The position numbers were made by a program, and so were the translations under genes. The notes beneath the pieces are model-generated. The model worked only from the letters and a program-made list of their open reading frames with translations, ran no database searches and had not been told where the DNA came from. A DNA stretch of 34,688 nucleotides from Pyrobaculum sp. (GTDB lineage: Archaea; Thermoproteota; Thermoprotei; Thermoproteales; Thermoproteaceae): positions 1 to 34,688 of the forward strand of contig JBKBOT010000016.1 of NCBI GenBank assembly GCA_046293555.1. Direction: 5' to 3'. Of this stretch, positions 20,043-28,279 are shown one piece after another (position 1 is the stretch's first letter; the number at the start of each line of letters is the position of its first letter).

Positions 20043-21162
20043 CAGAAATTCTGTAGCTATCTACAGTCCCACGGGCTTTTTCCCGCCTTTCTCTATGTTC
20101 CCTCAAGAACCTGGAGATCTTCTCGTGGAGCATCGCCTTGCATTCCCCACATAGCAACGCGCCGGAGTTGCAGTCCTGCCTTATTTTCTCCACGGCGGCG
20201 TCGCTTGGGTCAAGCAACATGTGGTAGTGGTAGACTGGACATATGTCGGGGTCCCCCCCGTATTTACGTTGTTCTTCTGCAGTCGGCCTCCCCCCGGTGA
20301 AGGCGTTGTAGATCTTCCGTCTTACTGTCTTCTCGTCGTCTGTGGCATATATGGCCGAGTCCGGGCTTGAGGCAGACATCTTGCTTTCTCCCGTCAGCGA
20401 CATTATGAACTTAGAGTATAGAGTGGCGGGCTTGGGGTAGCCTAGAGAATCCGCAATATCTCTCGCCAGCCTGAAGTAGGGGTCTTGATCTATTGCGCAG
20501 GGGATTAACACCGGCGTGGCCTCTCTGCGGAGCTCTGTGGGGAGGAAAGCCACGGCGATTTGGAGCGAGGGGTAGAAGACAAGGCCTATGTTTGTAGAGT
20601 CCGTAAAGCCGAAGGTGGCCTTGGCGGTGTTCCAAGTCAGCTTTTTCGCCACCCTTATGGCTATGGGGTAGAGGTGTTTCACGTCCTTGCTGTCTATAAC
20701 GAGGTGTAGCCTATCTGGCGTAAAGCCCAACGCGATGACGTCTAGAGCGTTCTCGTAAGCCCACCTCGTGGCGTCCTCTAGGCCCATCTCCGGGTCGTCA
20801 AAAAACTTCTCGTCGTCTGTCATCTGGAAGTACACCTCTAGGCTAAATCTGTCTGAAAGCCATTTCAACAAGATCCACGGCACCATGTGGCCTATGTGGA
20901 CAGGGCCGCTGGGCCCCCGGCCGGTATATAGAGCCCAGGGCCTCCCCTCTCCATGCCACCTCAAGATGTGGTCAAAATCTCTATGTGCGTAGAAAAACCC
21001 CCTCCTAATTAGTGGGTGTACCTCGCCCACATGTTTCTCTAACAGCGATATCTCTGCCTGTGTCAGCTGTCTTGCGCCAAAGTGCTGGAGAAGCTTCTGG
21101 TAGTCTACCCTCCCGCGTACCTCCCAGGGGGTGACTACAAAGTCATCCACCCCATTGGCCAC
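20032..21162 (-). CDS. trpS: Tryptophanyl-tRNA synthetase
   Basis: VTPWEV, YTGRGPS, HIGH, AIDQDPY and KMSAS motifs. Confidence 0.97.
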   Translation of the reverse strand: MANGVDDFVVTPWEVRGRVDYQKLLQHFGARQLTQAEISLLEKHVGEVHPLIRRGFFYAHRDFDHILRWHGEGRPWALYTGRGPSGPVHIGHMVPWILLKWLSDRFSLEVYFQMTDDEKFFDDPEMGLEDATRWAYENALDVIALGFTPDRLHLVIDSKDVKHLYPIAIRVAKKLTWNTAKATFGFTDSTNIGLVFYPSLQIAVAFLPTELRREATPVLIPCAIDQDPYFRLARDIADSLGYPKPATLYSKFIMSLTGESKMSASSPDSAIYATDDEKTVRRKIYNAFTGGRPTAEEQRKYGGDPDICPVYHYHMLLDPSDAAVEKIRQDCNSGALLCGECKAMLHEKISRFLREHRERREKARGTVDSYRISVKF

Positions 21163-21171
21163 ACCTTTTGT

Positions 21172-21897
21172 CTAGTATTTATACTTGTCGATAAGATACG
21201 CCACCGTCTGTACCCAGCCGGCCAGCCGGCCTAGCCGCCTGTATGCCAAATCTCTAAGACACACGCCAGCCAGCGGGCAGTAGCCGCAGTGGTACCTCCG
21301 GCAGTACCTACCGTCGGGGGGCCTCCCCGCCAGGCCAAACCTGGGGGCAAGTCTAGTGAAGTGTTTATCTACAGGCGCCGCGGTGACCTCTCCGGTGAAC
21401 AGTAGGTAGAGATCTGCAACCTTGGGGCCCACCCCACCAATCCTGAGGAGCGTTTTTCTATCTCTAGGCCTCCCCAGCTCTAGAAAGTGGGTTATGGCGT
21501 GTGGCAATTTTTGTAGCTGGTAGCTCCCCCCCATGGCCATCTTGGCGAGTTGGGAGAGGTCTTCCGACTGTTGAAACAAGGCCCTAGCCCACCTCAAGAC
21601 GTTTATGTGGTAATCTGTGTTTTGTGTGAGAAAAGCCACGACGAAAAGTAAATCCTCATCGCCGGGGGAGATGGAGATGCCCACACAGTCCCCATATCTC
21701 TCCAACAGGGGCTGTATTTTCTCCAGTAGAGACCTGTCTACATCGTTTATATGCCGCCAGGGGGTGAACCACCTGCCTGAGAGATATATGTCCCCCCCTG
21801 CCCATACGCCCTTCTTTACGCCAAATTTTTTCACATAGTTTTCCCCCAGGAGGGCTAGGGTGAGGCTGGGGTAGAGCGTGGCCTCGAGGCAGTTCAT
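21172..21897 (-). CDS. HhH-GPD superfamily DNA glycosylase/AP lyase-like protein with a Cys4 motif
   Basis: LLRIGGVGPKVAD (HhH with catalytic-position Lys), PVDKH, C-x4-C-x2-C-x5-C and a GRLAGWVQ helix. Start at ATG 21897, overlapping the radical SAM stop (ATGA). Confidence 0.8.
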   Translation of the reverse strand: MNCLEATLYPSLTLALLGENYVKKFGVKKGVWAGGDIYLSGRWFTPWRHINDVDRSLLEKIQPLLERYGDCVGISISPGDEDLLFVVAFLTQNTDYHINVLRWARALFQQSEDLSQLAKMAMGGSYQLQKLPHAITHFLELGRPRDRKTLLRIGGVGPKVADLYLLFTGEVTAAPVDKHFTRLAPRFGLAGRPPDGRYCRRYHCGYCPLAGVCLRDLAYRRLGRLAGWVQTVAYLIDKYKY

Positions 21898-22649
21898 ATC
21901 ATAAAGGCAGGCACTGGCGTGACGGCGTGTGTGGGCGTAAGGCCCCGGGCCCTCATGAGCTTTACCACGTGTGGATACAGGATTACATACTCTACATCTA
22001 TACATTGAGACAGCCTTGGGTCTATTTCCGCCAGCGCCCTCTCTAGCGTCTTGACGCCCTGCTCTGTGGAGAATCCCAACATGGCTGCTGGATATACGTC
22101 ACGACATGGCTCCATCCCGCTTTCTACCAACGCCCTTATGGCTTCTAGCTGTTGGTAGAAATAACTAGGCGGCGACTGCGTGATTTTTTGAAACTCCTCC
22201 GCCGTTGCCCCCTTTATGGAGATTCTAACTACCGCATGTGTCCTCCTGGCCAGCTCTCTGGCCAGCACTCTGTCTACCAAAAGGCCGTTGGTCTCCACGA
22301 CAAATATATAGTTGGGGAGGAGGTCTATCGCCTTTAGTACATGTTGTGGCGCTATAAGCGGCTCGCCGCCAGAAATCCTCACCTGTCTATAGCCCCGGCT
22401 TTTGGCAATTTCCTCAAGCCTCTCTGCCACCTCGCTTGGCGACATCCACACGCCGCCAGTGAGGACAAAGGAGGTGTTTCTCCACGCCCAACACATCCCA
22501 CATCTCAAGTTGCAGCCCACCACGTCGGCTGTGGCTATGCCGCCATACCACCTACCTCCCCTAAACCTTTTGTACCGTCTATATATCTCGCCATCTGTTT
22601 TCACCGCGTGTTTTAACACTAGTTCTAACAGCCTCTCTGGGTGAATCAC
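21894..22649 (-). CDS. Radical SAM protein (activase-like partial barrel, no SPASM domain)
   Basis: GCNLRCGMCW (CxxxCxxC), ISGGEP, VETNG and ISIKG motifs. Confidence 0.9.
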   Translation of the reverse strand: MIHPERLLELVLKHAVKTDGEIYRRYKRFRGGRWYGGIATADVVGCNLRCGMCWAWRNTSFVLTGGVWMSPSEVAERLEEIAKSRGYRQVRISGGEPLIAPQHVLKAIDLLPNYIFVVETNGLLVDRVLARELARRTHAVVRISIKGATAEEFQKITQSPPSYFYQQLEAIRALVESGMEPCRDVYPAAMLGFSTEQGVKTLERALAEIDPRLSQCIDVEYVILYPHVVKLMRARGLTPTHAVTPVPAFMI

Positions 22650-22662
22650 ATTTTAACATTTT

Positions 22663-22693
22663 CAAATAAATTTTTCATAGAAAAGTTTATTTG
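22663..22693. promoter_or_regulatory. Near-perfect inverted repeat forming back-to-back BRE/TATA-like elements
   Basis: CAAATAAATTTTTC-ATA-GAAAAGTTTATTTG (arms match at 13 of 14 positions). Each arm reads GAAAA(A/G)TTTATTTG outward, towards the radical SAM gene and towards the 22-codon ORF. Confidence 0.6.
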
Positions 22694-22713
22694 GGCGCTC
22701 TGTGGTAATATTG

Positions 22714-22782
22714 ATGTATGTTTTACGCCAGCCTAAAAAAGAGGCCGAGCGGCAAAAAAAGTCTGAGCTATATTGGGGCTAA
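22714..22782 (+). CDS. Putative 22-aa small protein MYVLRQPKKEAERQKKSELYWG
   Basis: ATG 22714 to TAA 22782, with TTTATTT at 22686-22692 at leaderless spacing. Fills the intergenic gap before the rpl31e promoter. Confidence 0.5.
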   Translation: MYVLRQPKKEAERQKKSELYWG

Positions 22783-22812
22783 ATTTTATAACTCGCCTTT
22801 TTTTCTCTTGAC

Positions 22813-23091
22813 ATGTCTGAAGAGAAGAAGGTAGTACTGACGCGAGAATATGTAATCAACTTGAGGAGGGCTTACGAGATGTCGCGAAGCAAGAGGGCTA
22901 AATATGCGGTGGGGCTCGTGCGGAGGTTTGTAGCTAGGCACCTAAAGGTGGGGCTCGGGCAGGTTAAGATTGGGCAGAAACTTAACCTAGCTCTCTGGGC
23001 ACACGGCATCGAGAAGCCTCCCCGCAGGGTGAGGGTCACTGTGGAGAGATATCAAGACGGCACAGTGTTGGTTGAATACAAGGATGTTTGA
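22813..23091 (+). CDS. rpl31e: 50S ribosomal protein L31e
   Basis: [21 protein letters not shown] and [17 protein letters not shown] motifs. Confidence 0.96.
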   Translation: MSEEKKVVLTREYVINLRRAYEMSRSKRAKYAVGLVRRFVARHLKVGLGQVKIGQKLNLALWAHGIEKPPRRVRVTVERYQDGTVLVEYKDV

Positions 23092-23746
23092 CATAACTCT
23101 CGCCAGAGTTTACGGCTCCTCTTCTGTAGGGGTCTTTCTAGCTACTAACAATCTTGTCACAATAGTCCCCCCAGACGTGCCGGAAAAGATTGACGACGTG
23201 GTGAAAACCACCTTACGCACCACTGTTGTGAGACACACGGTGGCCAGATCGCCGCTTTTGGGGATCTTTCTTGTCTTAAATGATAATGGCATCCTCCTGC
23301 CCCCCCTGGCGCTTGAGGAGGAGGTCAAGTTGTTTAAATCGCTGGGATTAAACGTGGCTATGTTAAACACGAGGTATACAGCCATCTCAAACCTAGTCCT
23401 TACAAACAACAGGCTGGCGTTGGCATCTCCCCTCTTGGAGACTCCCGTCAGGAGGACTGTAGCCGATATCCTAGGCGTGGAGGTAGTGGTAGACTCCATA
23501 GCGGGCAACCCGCTGGTGGGGTCTCTGGCTGTGGTTAACAACAGAGGCATGTTGGTGGCGCCGGAGGCCACCGACGAGGACTTAAAAAAACTGGCTGGGT
23601 ATTTCAAGTTGAGGATAGACGTGGGGACTGTAAACAGGGGGAAGAGTTTTCTCCGTGGGAGTATTGTGGCTAACGACTACGGGGCGTTGGTGGGCGACGA
23701 GACCGCGGGGCCGGAGTTAATGCGAATTAGCCAAGTCTTGGGATAA
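23084..23746 (+). CDS. eif6: Translation initiation factor 6 (aIF6)
   Basis: Pentein repeats ([31 protein letters not shown]). Confidence 0.96.
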   Translation: MFDITLARVYGSSSVGVFLATNNLVTIVPPDVPEKIDDVVKTTLRTTVVRHTVARSPLLGIFLVLNDNGILLPPLALEEEVKLFKSLGLNVAMLNTRYTAISNLVLTNNRLALASPLLETPVRRTVADILGVEVVVDSIAGNPLVGSLAVVNNRGMLVAPEATDEDLKKLAGYFKLRIDVGTVNRGKSFLRGSIVANDYGALVGDETAGPELMRISQVLG

Positions 23747-23774
23747 ATTTTTAAGGCTGGGCAAGAGGCCGCAT

Positions 23775-24008
23775 ATGCCTAAGATTTACCGTGTTGCCGG
23801 CGAGACTACTACAGGGATGAGGTTTAGGCTGGAGATCACGGCCGAGAAGCCACATGACGCCATTGAGAAGGCCTACTCCCTGTTGGGTAGTAGACACAAG
23901 CTTAGACGGATAGAGATAAAAATCAGAGAGGTGGCGCCTCTCGAGAGCCCGGCGAGAGAGGAGGTGAAGACGCTCCTGGCTGTAGACAAGGTGGTTAAGT
24001 ATGACTAG
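23775..24008 (+). CDS. rplX: 50S ribosomal protein LX (L18Ae/eL20)
   Basis: AIEKAYSLLGSRHKLRR.EI.I motif; conserved position after aIF6. Confidence 0.93.
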   Translation: MPKIYRVAGETTTGMRFRLEITAEKPHDAIEKAYSLLGSRHKLRRIEIKIREVAPLESPAREEVKTLLAVDKVVKYD

Positions 24009-24399
24009 ACAGGAGCTACAGAGGCTAATGGAAGAATACCAGCTGGTAGGCGAGCTTATTGCCAGCCTACAGGCACAACACGGCGCTGTGTCTGAAATAC
24101 TTGCCGAGTTGACCACTGCGCTAGATGGCGTGCGGCTGTTAAAAGGCGGCGGGGGGGAGAGGTTGGTACATATAGGCGCCGGCCTGTTTGTAAGGGGGGC
24201 TTTCGAGACGGCGGAGGTGCTCACCCCGCTGGGGGCTGGCTACCACGCCTTTATTGATCTAGACAACGCAGAGCGTGTGATAAGAGAAAGGATTGAAGAG
24301 TATTCTAGAGTGAAGACAGCTCTAGAGGAGAACCTAGAGAGGCTAGCCGGAAGGGCGGCGCAGATCCGTGAGGTGATAGAAAGAGCTACTAGAGGCTAG
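24001..24399 (+). CDS. pfdA: Prefoldin alpha subunit
   Basis: Coiled coils flanking two beta-hairpins (LVHIGAGLFV, LTPLGAGY). Confidence 0.93.
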   Translation: MTRQELQRLMEEYQLVGELIASLQAQHGAVSEILAELTTALDGVRLLKGGGGERLVHIGAGLFVRGAFETAEVLTPLGAGYHAFIDLDNAERVIRERIEEYSRVKTALEENLERLAGRAAQIREVIERATRG

Positions 24400-25308
24400 A
24401 TGTTTGAAAAGTTGAAAAAAACTTTTTCTAAATTTGTAGACTCTATAGTTACTACAATTAAAGAGGAGGCTCTAGACAGGAAGGAGGTAGAGAGGCTTAC
24501 TTCAGACTTGTATCTAGACCTGGTTGAAAACGACGTGGCTGTAGAGGTTGTCGACGCCGTGGTGGAAGAGTTAAAGAAAAGACTTGTGGGGGTTAAGGTG
24601 CCCAGGTTTGGAGATAGGGAGGGTGTCATAAAGGCCGCCCTGCTTAACTCTCTAGCCGCAATACTTGACGACGTCCCCGACGTGGATTTTCTTGACGAGT
24701 CGAGAAGGCTGGGGAAAAGGCCTGTTGTTGTCATGTTTCTAGGTCCTAACGGATATGGTAAAACCACCACGTTGGCCAAACTGGCGTATCTCCTGCAGGA
24801 AAATGGCTTCAGGGTGGTGGGGGCAGCCGCAGATACCTTTAGGGCCGGGGCTAGGGAGCAGCTTGAAGAACATGGGAGACGTGTGGGCTTTAGAGTGGTG
24901 GGAGGCCCCTATGGGGCGGACCCCGCCGCCGTGGCTTATGACGCCATACAACACGCACGGGCTCGTGGCCACCAGTTCGTGTTGATCGACACGGCGGGGC
25001 GTATGCATACAGATGCAAACCTCATGGAGGAGTTGCGGAAAATACAGCGGGTGGCTGAGCCCCACTTCTCTATCTTTGTGTTTGACGCCCAGCTGGGCAA
25101 CGAGGCTCTTGAAATTGCTAGGTACTACTCTAAATATGTGAGAATTGACGGCATGATTGCCACAAAGGTAGATGCCTACCCGAAGGGTGGCTCTATACTG
25201 ACCTTTATGTACGTATTGAAGAAGCCAATTTATTTCATGGGGGTGGGCCAGTCATACCGCGACTTGGCTAAGTTCTCTAAGGCTGACTACCTCGGCCAGC
25301 TGTTCTAA
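24400..25308 (+). CDS. ftsY: SRP receptor FtsY
   Basis: GPNGYGKTTT, DTFRAGA.EQL, DTAGR and TKVD motifs. Confidence 0.97.
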   Translation: MFEKLKKTFSKFVDSIVTTIKEEALDRKEVERLTSDLYLDLVENDVAVEVVDAVVEELKKRLVGVKVPRFGDREGVIKAALLNSLAAILDDVPDVDFLDESRRLGKRPVVVMFLGPNGYGKTTTLAKLAYLLQENGFRVVGAAADTFRAGAREQLEEHGRRVGFRVVGGPYGADPAAVAYDAIQHARARGHQFVLIDTAGRMHTDANLMEELRKIQRVAEPHFSIFVFDAQLGNEALEIARYYSKYVRIDGMIATKVDAYPKGGSILTFMYVLKKPIYFMGVGQSYRDLAKFSKADYLGQLF

Positions 25309-25327
25309 ATTTATATACTCTAACATA

Positions 25328-25636
25328 TTGGAGGTCGTGTCGTCATTGGGAGAAAAGGTGGCTAAAATACTAAAGGACATCCAGTGGGTAATCTCGGTGG
25401 CCAGGCGGCCAGAAGAGGGCGAGTTTAAACTCACCACAAGGTTTTTACTACTCCTGGTGTTTGTCGTAGGGGTATTCCAGTTTGTGTTCCACATAGCTGG
25501 GGTCTACCTCACAAGTTTCATGTTTAGACAGCCTCTCGCCACTTTGGGCGACGCCGTGGCTGAGTCTATAGCGGTCTTTACCACCATGGCGGCAATGCTG
25601 GCCGCCATGATATATCTACTGGTCAAGTTGAGGTGA
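25328..25636 (+). CDS. secE: Protein translocase subunit SecE/Sec61-gamma with a C-terminal extension
   Basis: V..VARRP..GEF motif followed by a TM helix; lies between ftsY and spt5. Start could be GTG 25337. Confidence 0.85.
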   Translation: MEVVSSLGEKVAKILKDIQWVISVARRPEEGEFKLTTRFLLLLVFVVGVFQFVFHIAGVYLTSFMFRQPLATLGDAVAESIAVFTTMAAMLAAMIYLLVKLR

Positions 25637-26091
25637 TGTCTGAGAGGTGCCCCATATATACCGTAAGTGTCGTGAGTAGACAGGAGTACAATATTGTCAT
25701 GGTGTTAAAACTACGTGTAGAGTCTGGAAGGATACCCATATACTCCATCATAGTGCCCCCGGAGACGTTTGGAGTCATGTTTATAGAGGGGGAGTCTCTG
25801 CCGGCTGTAAGCAGGGCTGTATATGGCGTAAAACACGTCAAGGGGCTGATGAAAGGCGTCACAAATGTGGATAACGTCATGAACATGTTAAAACCCGCCA
25901 AGCCTGCCATCGAGATAAATGTAAACGATGAGGTGGAGATAACTGCAGACGTCTTGAAGGGGAGTAGGGCTAGGGTGACCTATGTGGACAGAGAGAAGGG
26001 CTTGGTGAGAGTAGAGCTGCTAGACAGCGCCTTCCCCATGCCTCTAGACCTTAAGATCACTGAGGTAAAACTGGTGAAGAAAAGTCAGTAA
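25636..26091 (+). CDS. spt5: Transcription elongation factor Spt5 (NusG family)
   Basis: NGN domain (QE..., G.MFIE, VKHVKG) plus a KOW-like C-terminal domain; synteny. Confidence 0.92.
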   Translation: MSERCPIYTVSVVSRQEYNIVMVLKLRVESGRIPIYSIIVPPETFGVMFIEGESLPAVSRAVYGVKHVKGLMKGVTNVDNVMNMLKPAKPAIEINVNDEVEITADVLKGSRARVTYVDREKGLVRVELLDSAFPMPLDLKITEVKLVKKSQ

Positions 26092-26121
26092 AGTTTTAAT
26101 ACTAAGGCCTTTACCACGTCG

Positions 26122-26601
26122 ATGTCTAAACGCGTCATAGCTGTGCCGCTACAGGGGGGGAAAGTGGCGGCTAACCCACAGTTTCAAGACACGTTGAGAC
26201 AGGCAGGTCTTGACCCAAGCAGGGTGGTAGAGGAGGTACAGAAAAAGGTTTCTTCATGTAGATACCCAATACAGAAGGTCGAGCTGGAGATATGGCAGGG
26301 CGGATATGAGGTCAATATCCACCTGCCGCCAGTAGGTGACCTCTTTCTAAAGCTGGTAGGTAAAGACACCGGCGCCCACAACACAAATGAGGTTATTGGA
26401 AACCTCACCTTTAGACAGCTGGCGGAGATCGCTGTGTACAAGAGGGGGGAGCTCAAGTCAAGAAGTTTTAAGTCAGCACTAAAACAGCTTTTAAGCACGT
26501 GTAAGGCTATGGGCATTACGGTAGATGGCAAGCCGGCGGCTGAAGTTATGAAAGAGCTAGATATGGGAAAATACGACGAGATGTTAAAAGAGTATGATTA
26601 A
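26122..26601 (+). CDS. rpl11: 50S ribosomal protein uL11
   Basis: LPP, IGNLT..Q..EIA..K and [11 protein letters not shown]; lies between spt5 and rpl1. Confidence 0.92.
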   Translation: MSKRVIAVPLQGGKVAANPQFQDTLRQAGLDPSRVVEEVQKKVSSCRYPIQKVELEIWQGGYEVNIHLPPVGDLFLKLVGKDTGAHNTNEVIGNLTFRQLAEIAVYKRGELKSRSFKSALKQLLSTCKAMGITVDGKPAAEVMKELDMGKYDEMLKEYD

Positions 26602-27253
26602 CAAAGAGGTTTTACTCAAGAAGATCAAAGAGGCTCTGGAGTCCGGCAGATCTAGACGTTTTAGACAAAGCGTGGAGCTCATCGCGGTGCTTAGAGGTGT
26701 GGATCTAAACAAGCCGGAAAACCGTGTAAACATCTTGGTGCAGCTTCCACACCCGCCGAAGATCAACAAGATTGCGGCGTTTGCCCACGGCGCGTTTGAG
26801 GTACAGGCGAAAAACGCGGGGGTAGACGCAGTGATTACAAGACAGGAGATAGAGGCGATGGCGGGCAACAAGAGGGCAATTAGAAAACTGGCCAAAAAAT
26901 ACGACTTCTTTATCGCGCCGCCAGACCTCATGTCCCTACTGGGGAGGGTGGTAGGCCCCATCTTCGGCCCTAGGGGCAAGATGCCTGAAGTAGTACCCCC
27001 AAACGCAGACGTGAAGGCCGTCGTAGAGAGGCTACGGAGATCTGTAAGAGTGAGAATGAGGACAGAGCCTGTAATCAAAGTGAGGGTGGGGGCCGAGGGC
27101 CAGAGGCCGGAGGAGATTCTTGAAAACATCCTCACAGTCCTAGAGGAGGTCAACAGGAAGTTTTCATTACGTCAACACCTCAAAGATATCTACATAAAGA
27201 AGACCATGGGGCCTCCTGTCAAGACGAGAGCTGTGGAGGTATTGACACGTTAA
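26594..27253 (+). CDS. rpl1: 50S ribosomal protein uL1
   Basis: [23 protein letters not shown] and KKTMGP motifs. Confidence 0.97.
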   Translation: MINKEVLLKKIKEALESGRSRRFRQSVELIAVLRGVDLNKPENRVNILVQLPHPPKINKIAAFAHGAFEVQAKNAGVDAVITRQEIEAMAGNKRAIRKLAKKYDFFIAPPDLMSLLGRVVGPIFGPRGKMPEVVPPNADVKAVVERLRRSVRVRMRTEPVIKVRVGAEGQRPEEILENILTVLEEVNRKFSLRQHLKDIYIKKTMGPPVKTRAVEVLTR

Positions 27254-27283
27254 ATTATTTAAATTTGCCCACTTCTTACCTCG

Positions 27284-28279
27284 ATGCTTGCCATAGGCAA
27301 GAGGGAATACAGGAGAGAAAAGCAGTACCCTCCAGAAAAGAGGAGGGCTGTAGACGAGGCGGTAAAACTACTGTCGCAATATGACTACATATTTGTCTTA
27401 GATCTCCACAAGCTCTCTGCCAGAGTTCTACATGAGTATAGATACAGGCTGAGGCCCTACGGCGTGGTGAAGGTGGTGAAACCCACACTGTTTAGAATTG
27501 CGTTAAGTAAGTTTGGGCCCCCGCCAGAGGTCTTAGAGAAAATCAGCGGCGAGATTGGCCTCTTTTTCACTAATCTAAACCCTGCAGAGGTGGTGAAGCT
27601 GGTGGCTAAACACAGCGTACAGAGAGCTGCGAGGCCTGGAGACAAGGCGCCATTTGACATAATTGTGCCTGCAGGGCCTACAAACGCGGCGCCAGGCCCC
27701 ATAATTTCCAAATTTGGAAAGTTGAAAATCCCCACGAGGGTGCAGGAGGGCAAGATCTGGATTGTTAAAGACACCGTGGTGGCTAAAGCCGGGCAGGAGA
27801 TCACCCCGGAGATTGCAGAAGTCCTGAGGGTAGTGGGGATAAGGCCGACATTTGAACAGCTGAAGCTCGCCGGCGTGATATGGAAGAAAACACGTTATGT
27901 AGACATCTCCGAGTTGGTGATAGACGTAGAGAAGTATAGAGATCTATTTACATCTGCTGCCACATATGCAAGAAACTTGGCGGTGAGCATAATATACCCA
28001 ACGCCGGAGGTGCTACAAGTGGCGCTCGCCGCCGCCCACTCCAGAGCTTTAGCGCTTGCGGCAAGACTAGGCTTAGTCACCAGAGAGACGCTGCCGGCAC
28101 TGTTAGCTAGGGCTGTCGCCGAGGCGAACGTCCTGGCCTCTCTCGTGGGGCCAAAACTAGGTCTCTCTATTGCCTCGCCACAGGCGCCCCAGCCAGAGGC
28201 GAAGGAGACAGTGGAGGAAGAGAGGAAAGAAGGCCCCAGCGAGGAGGATATCGCCGGCTCTCTCGGCGCGCTTTTCTAA
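27284..28279 (+). CDS. rpl10: 50S ribosomal protein uL10 (P0)
   Basis: ARPGDKAP, PAGPT..APGP and acidic tail ending EEDIAGSLGALF. Confidence 0.96.
   Translation: MLAIGKREYRREKQYPPEKRRAVDEAVKLLSQYDYIFVLDLHKLSARVLHEYRYRLRPYGVVKVVKPTLFRIALSKFGPPPEVLEKISGEIGLFFTNLNPAEVVKLVAKHSVQRAARPGDKAPFDIIVPAGPTNAAPGPIISKFGKLKIPTRVQEGKIWIVKDTVVAKAGQEITPEIAEVLRVVGIRPTFEQLKLAGVIWKKTRYVDISELVIDVEKYRDLFTSAATYARNLAVSIIYPTPEVLQVALAAAHSRALALAARLGLVTRETLPALLARAVAEANVLASLVGPKLGLSIASPQAPQPEAKETVEEERKEGPSEEDIAGSLGALF

Noticed and set aside
22711-22766. Possible C/D sRNA (TTGATGT...CTGA) overlapping the 22-codon ORF
   Set aside because: Poor C box, no convincing D'/C' pair and A-run guides. The coding interpretation fits better.
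22650-22812. AT-rich gap as a replication origin
   Set aside because: Short, with no repeated ORB-like elements recognised and no initiator gene nearby. Promoters explain the AT content.
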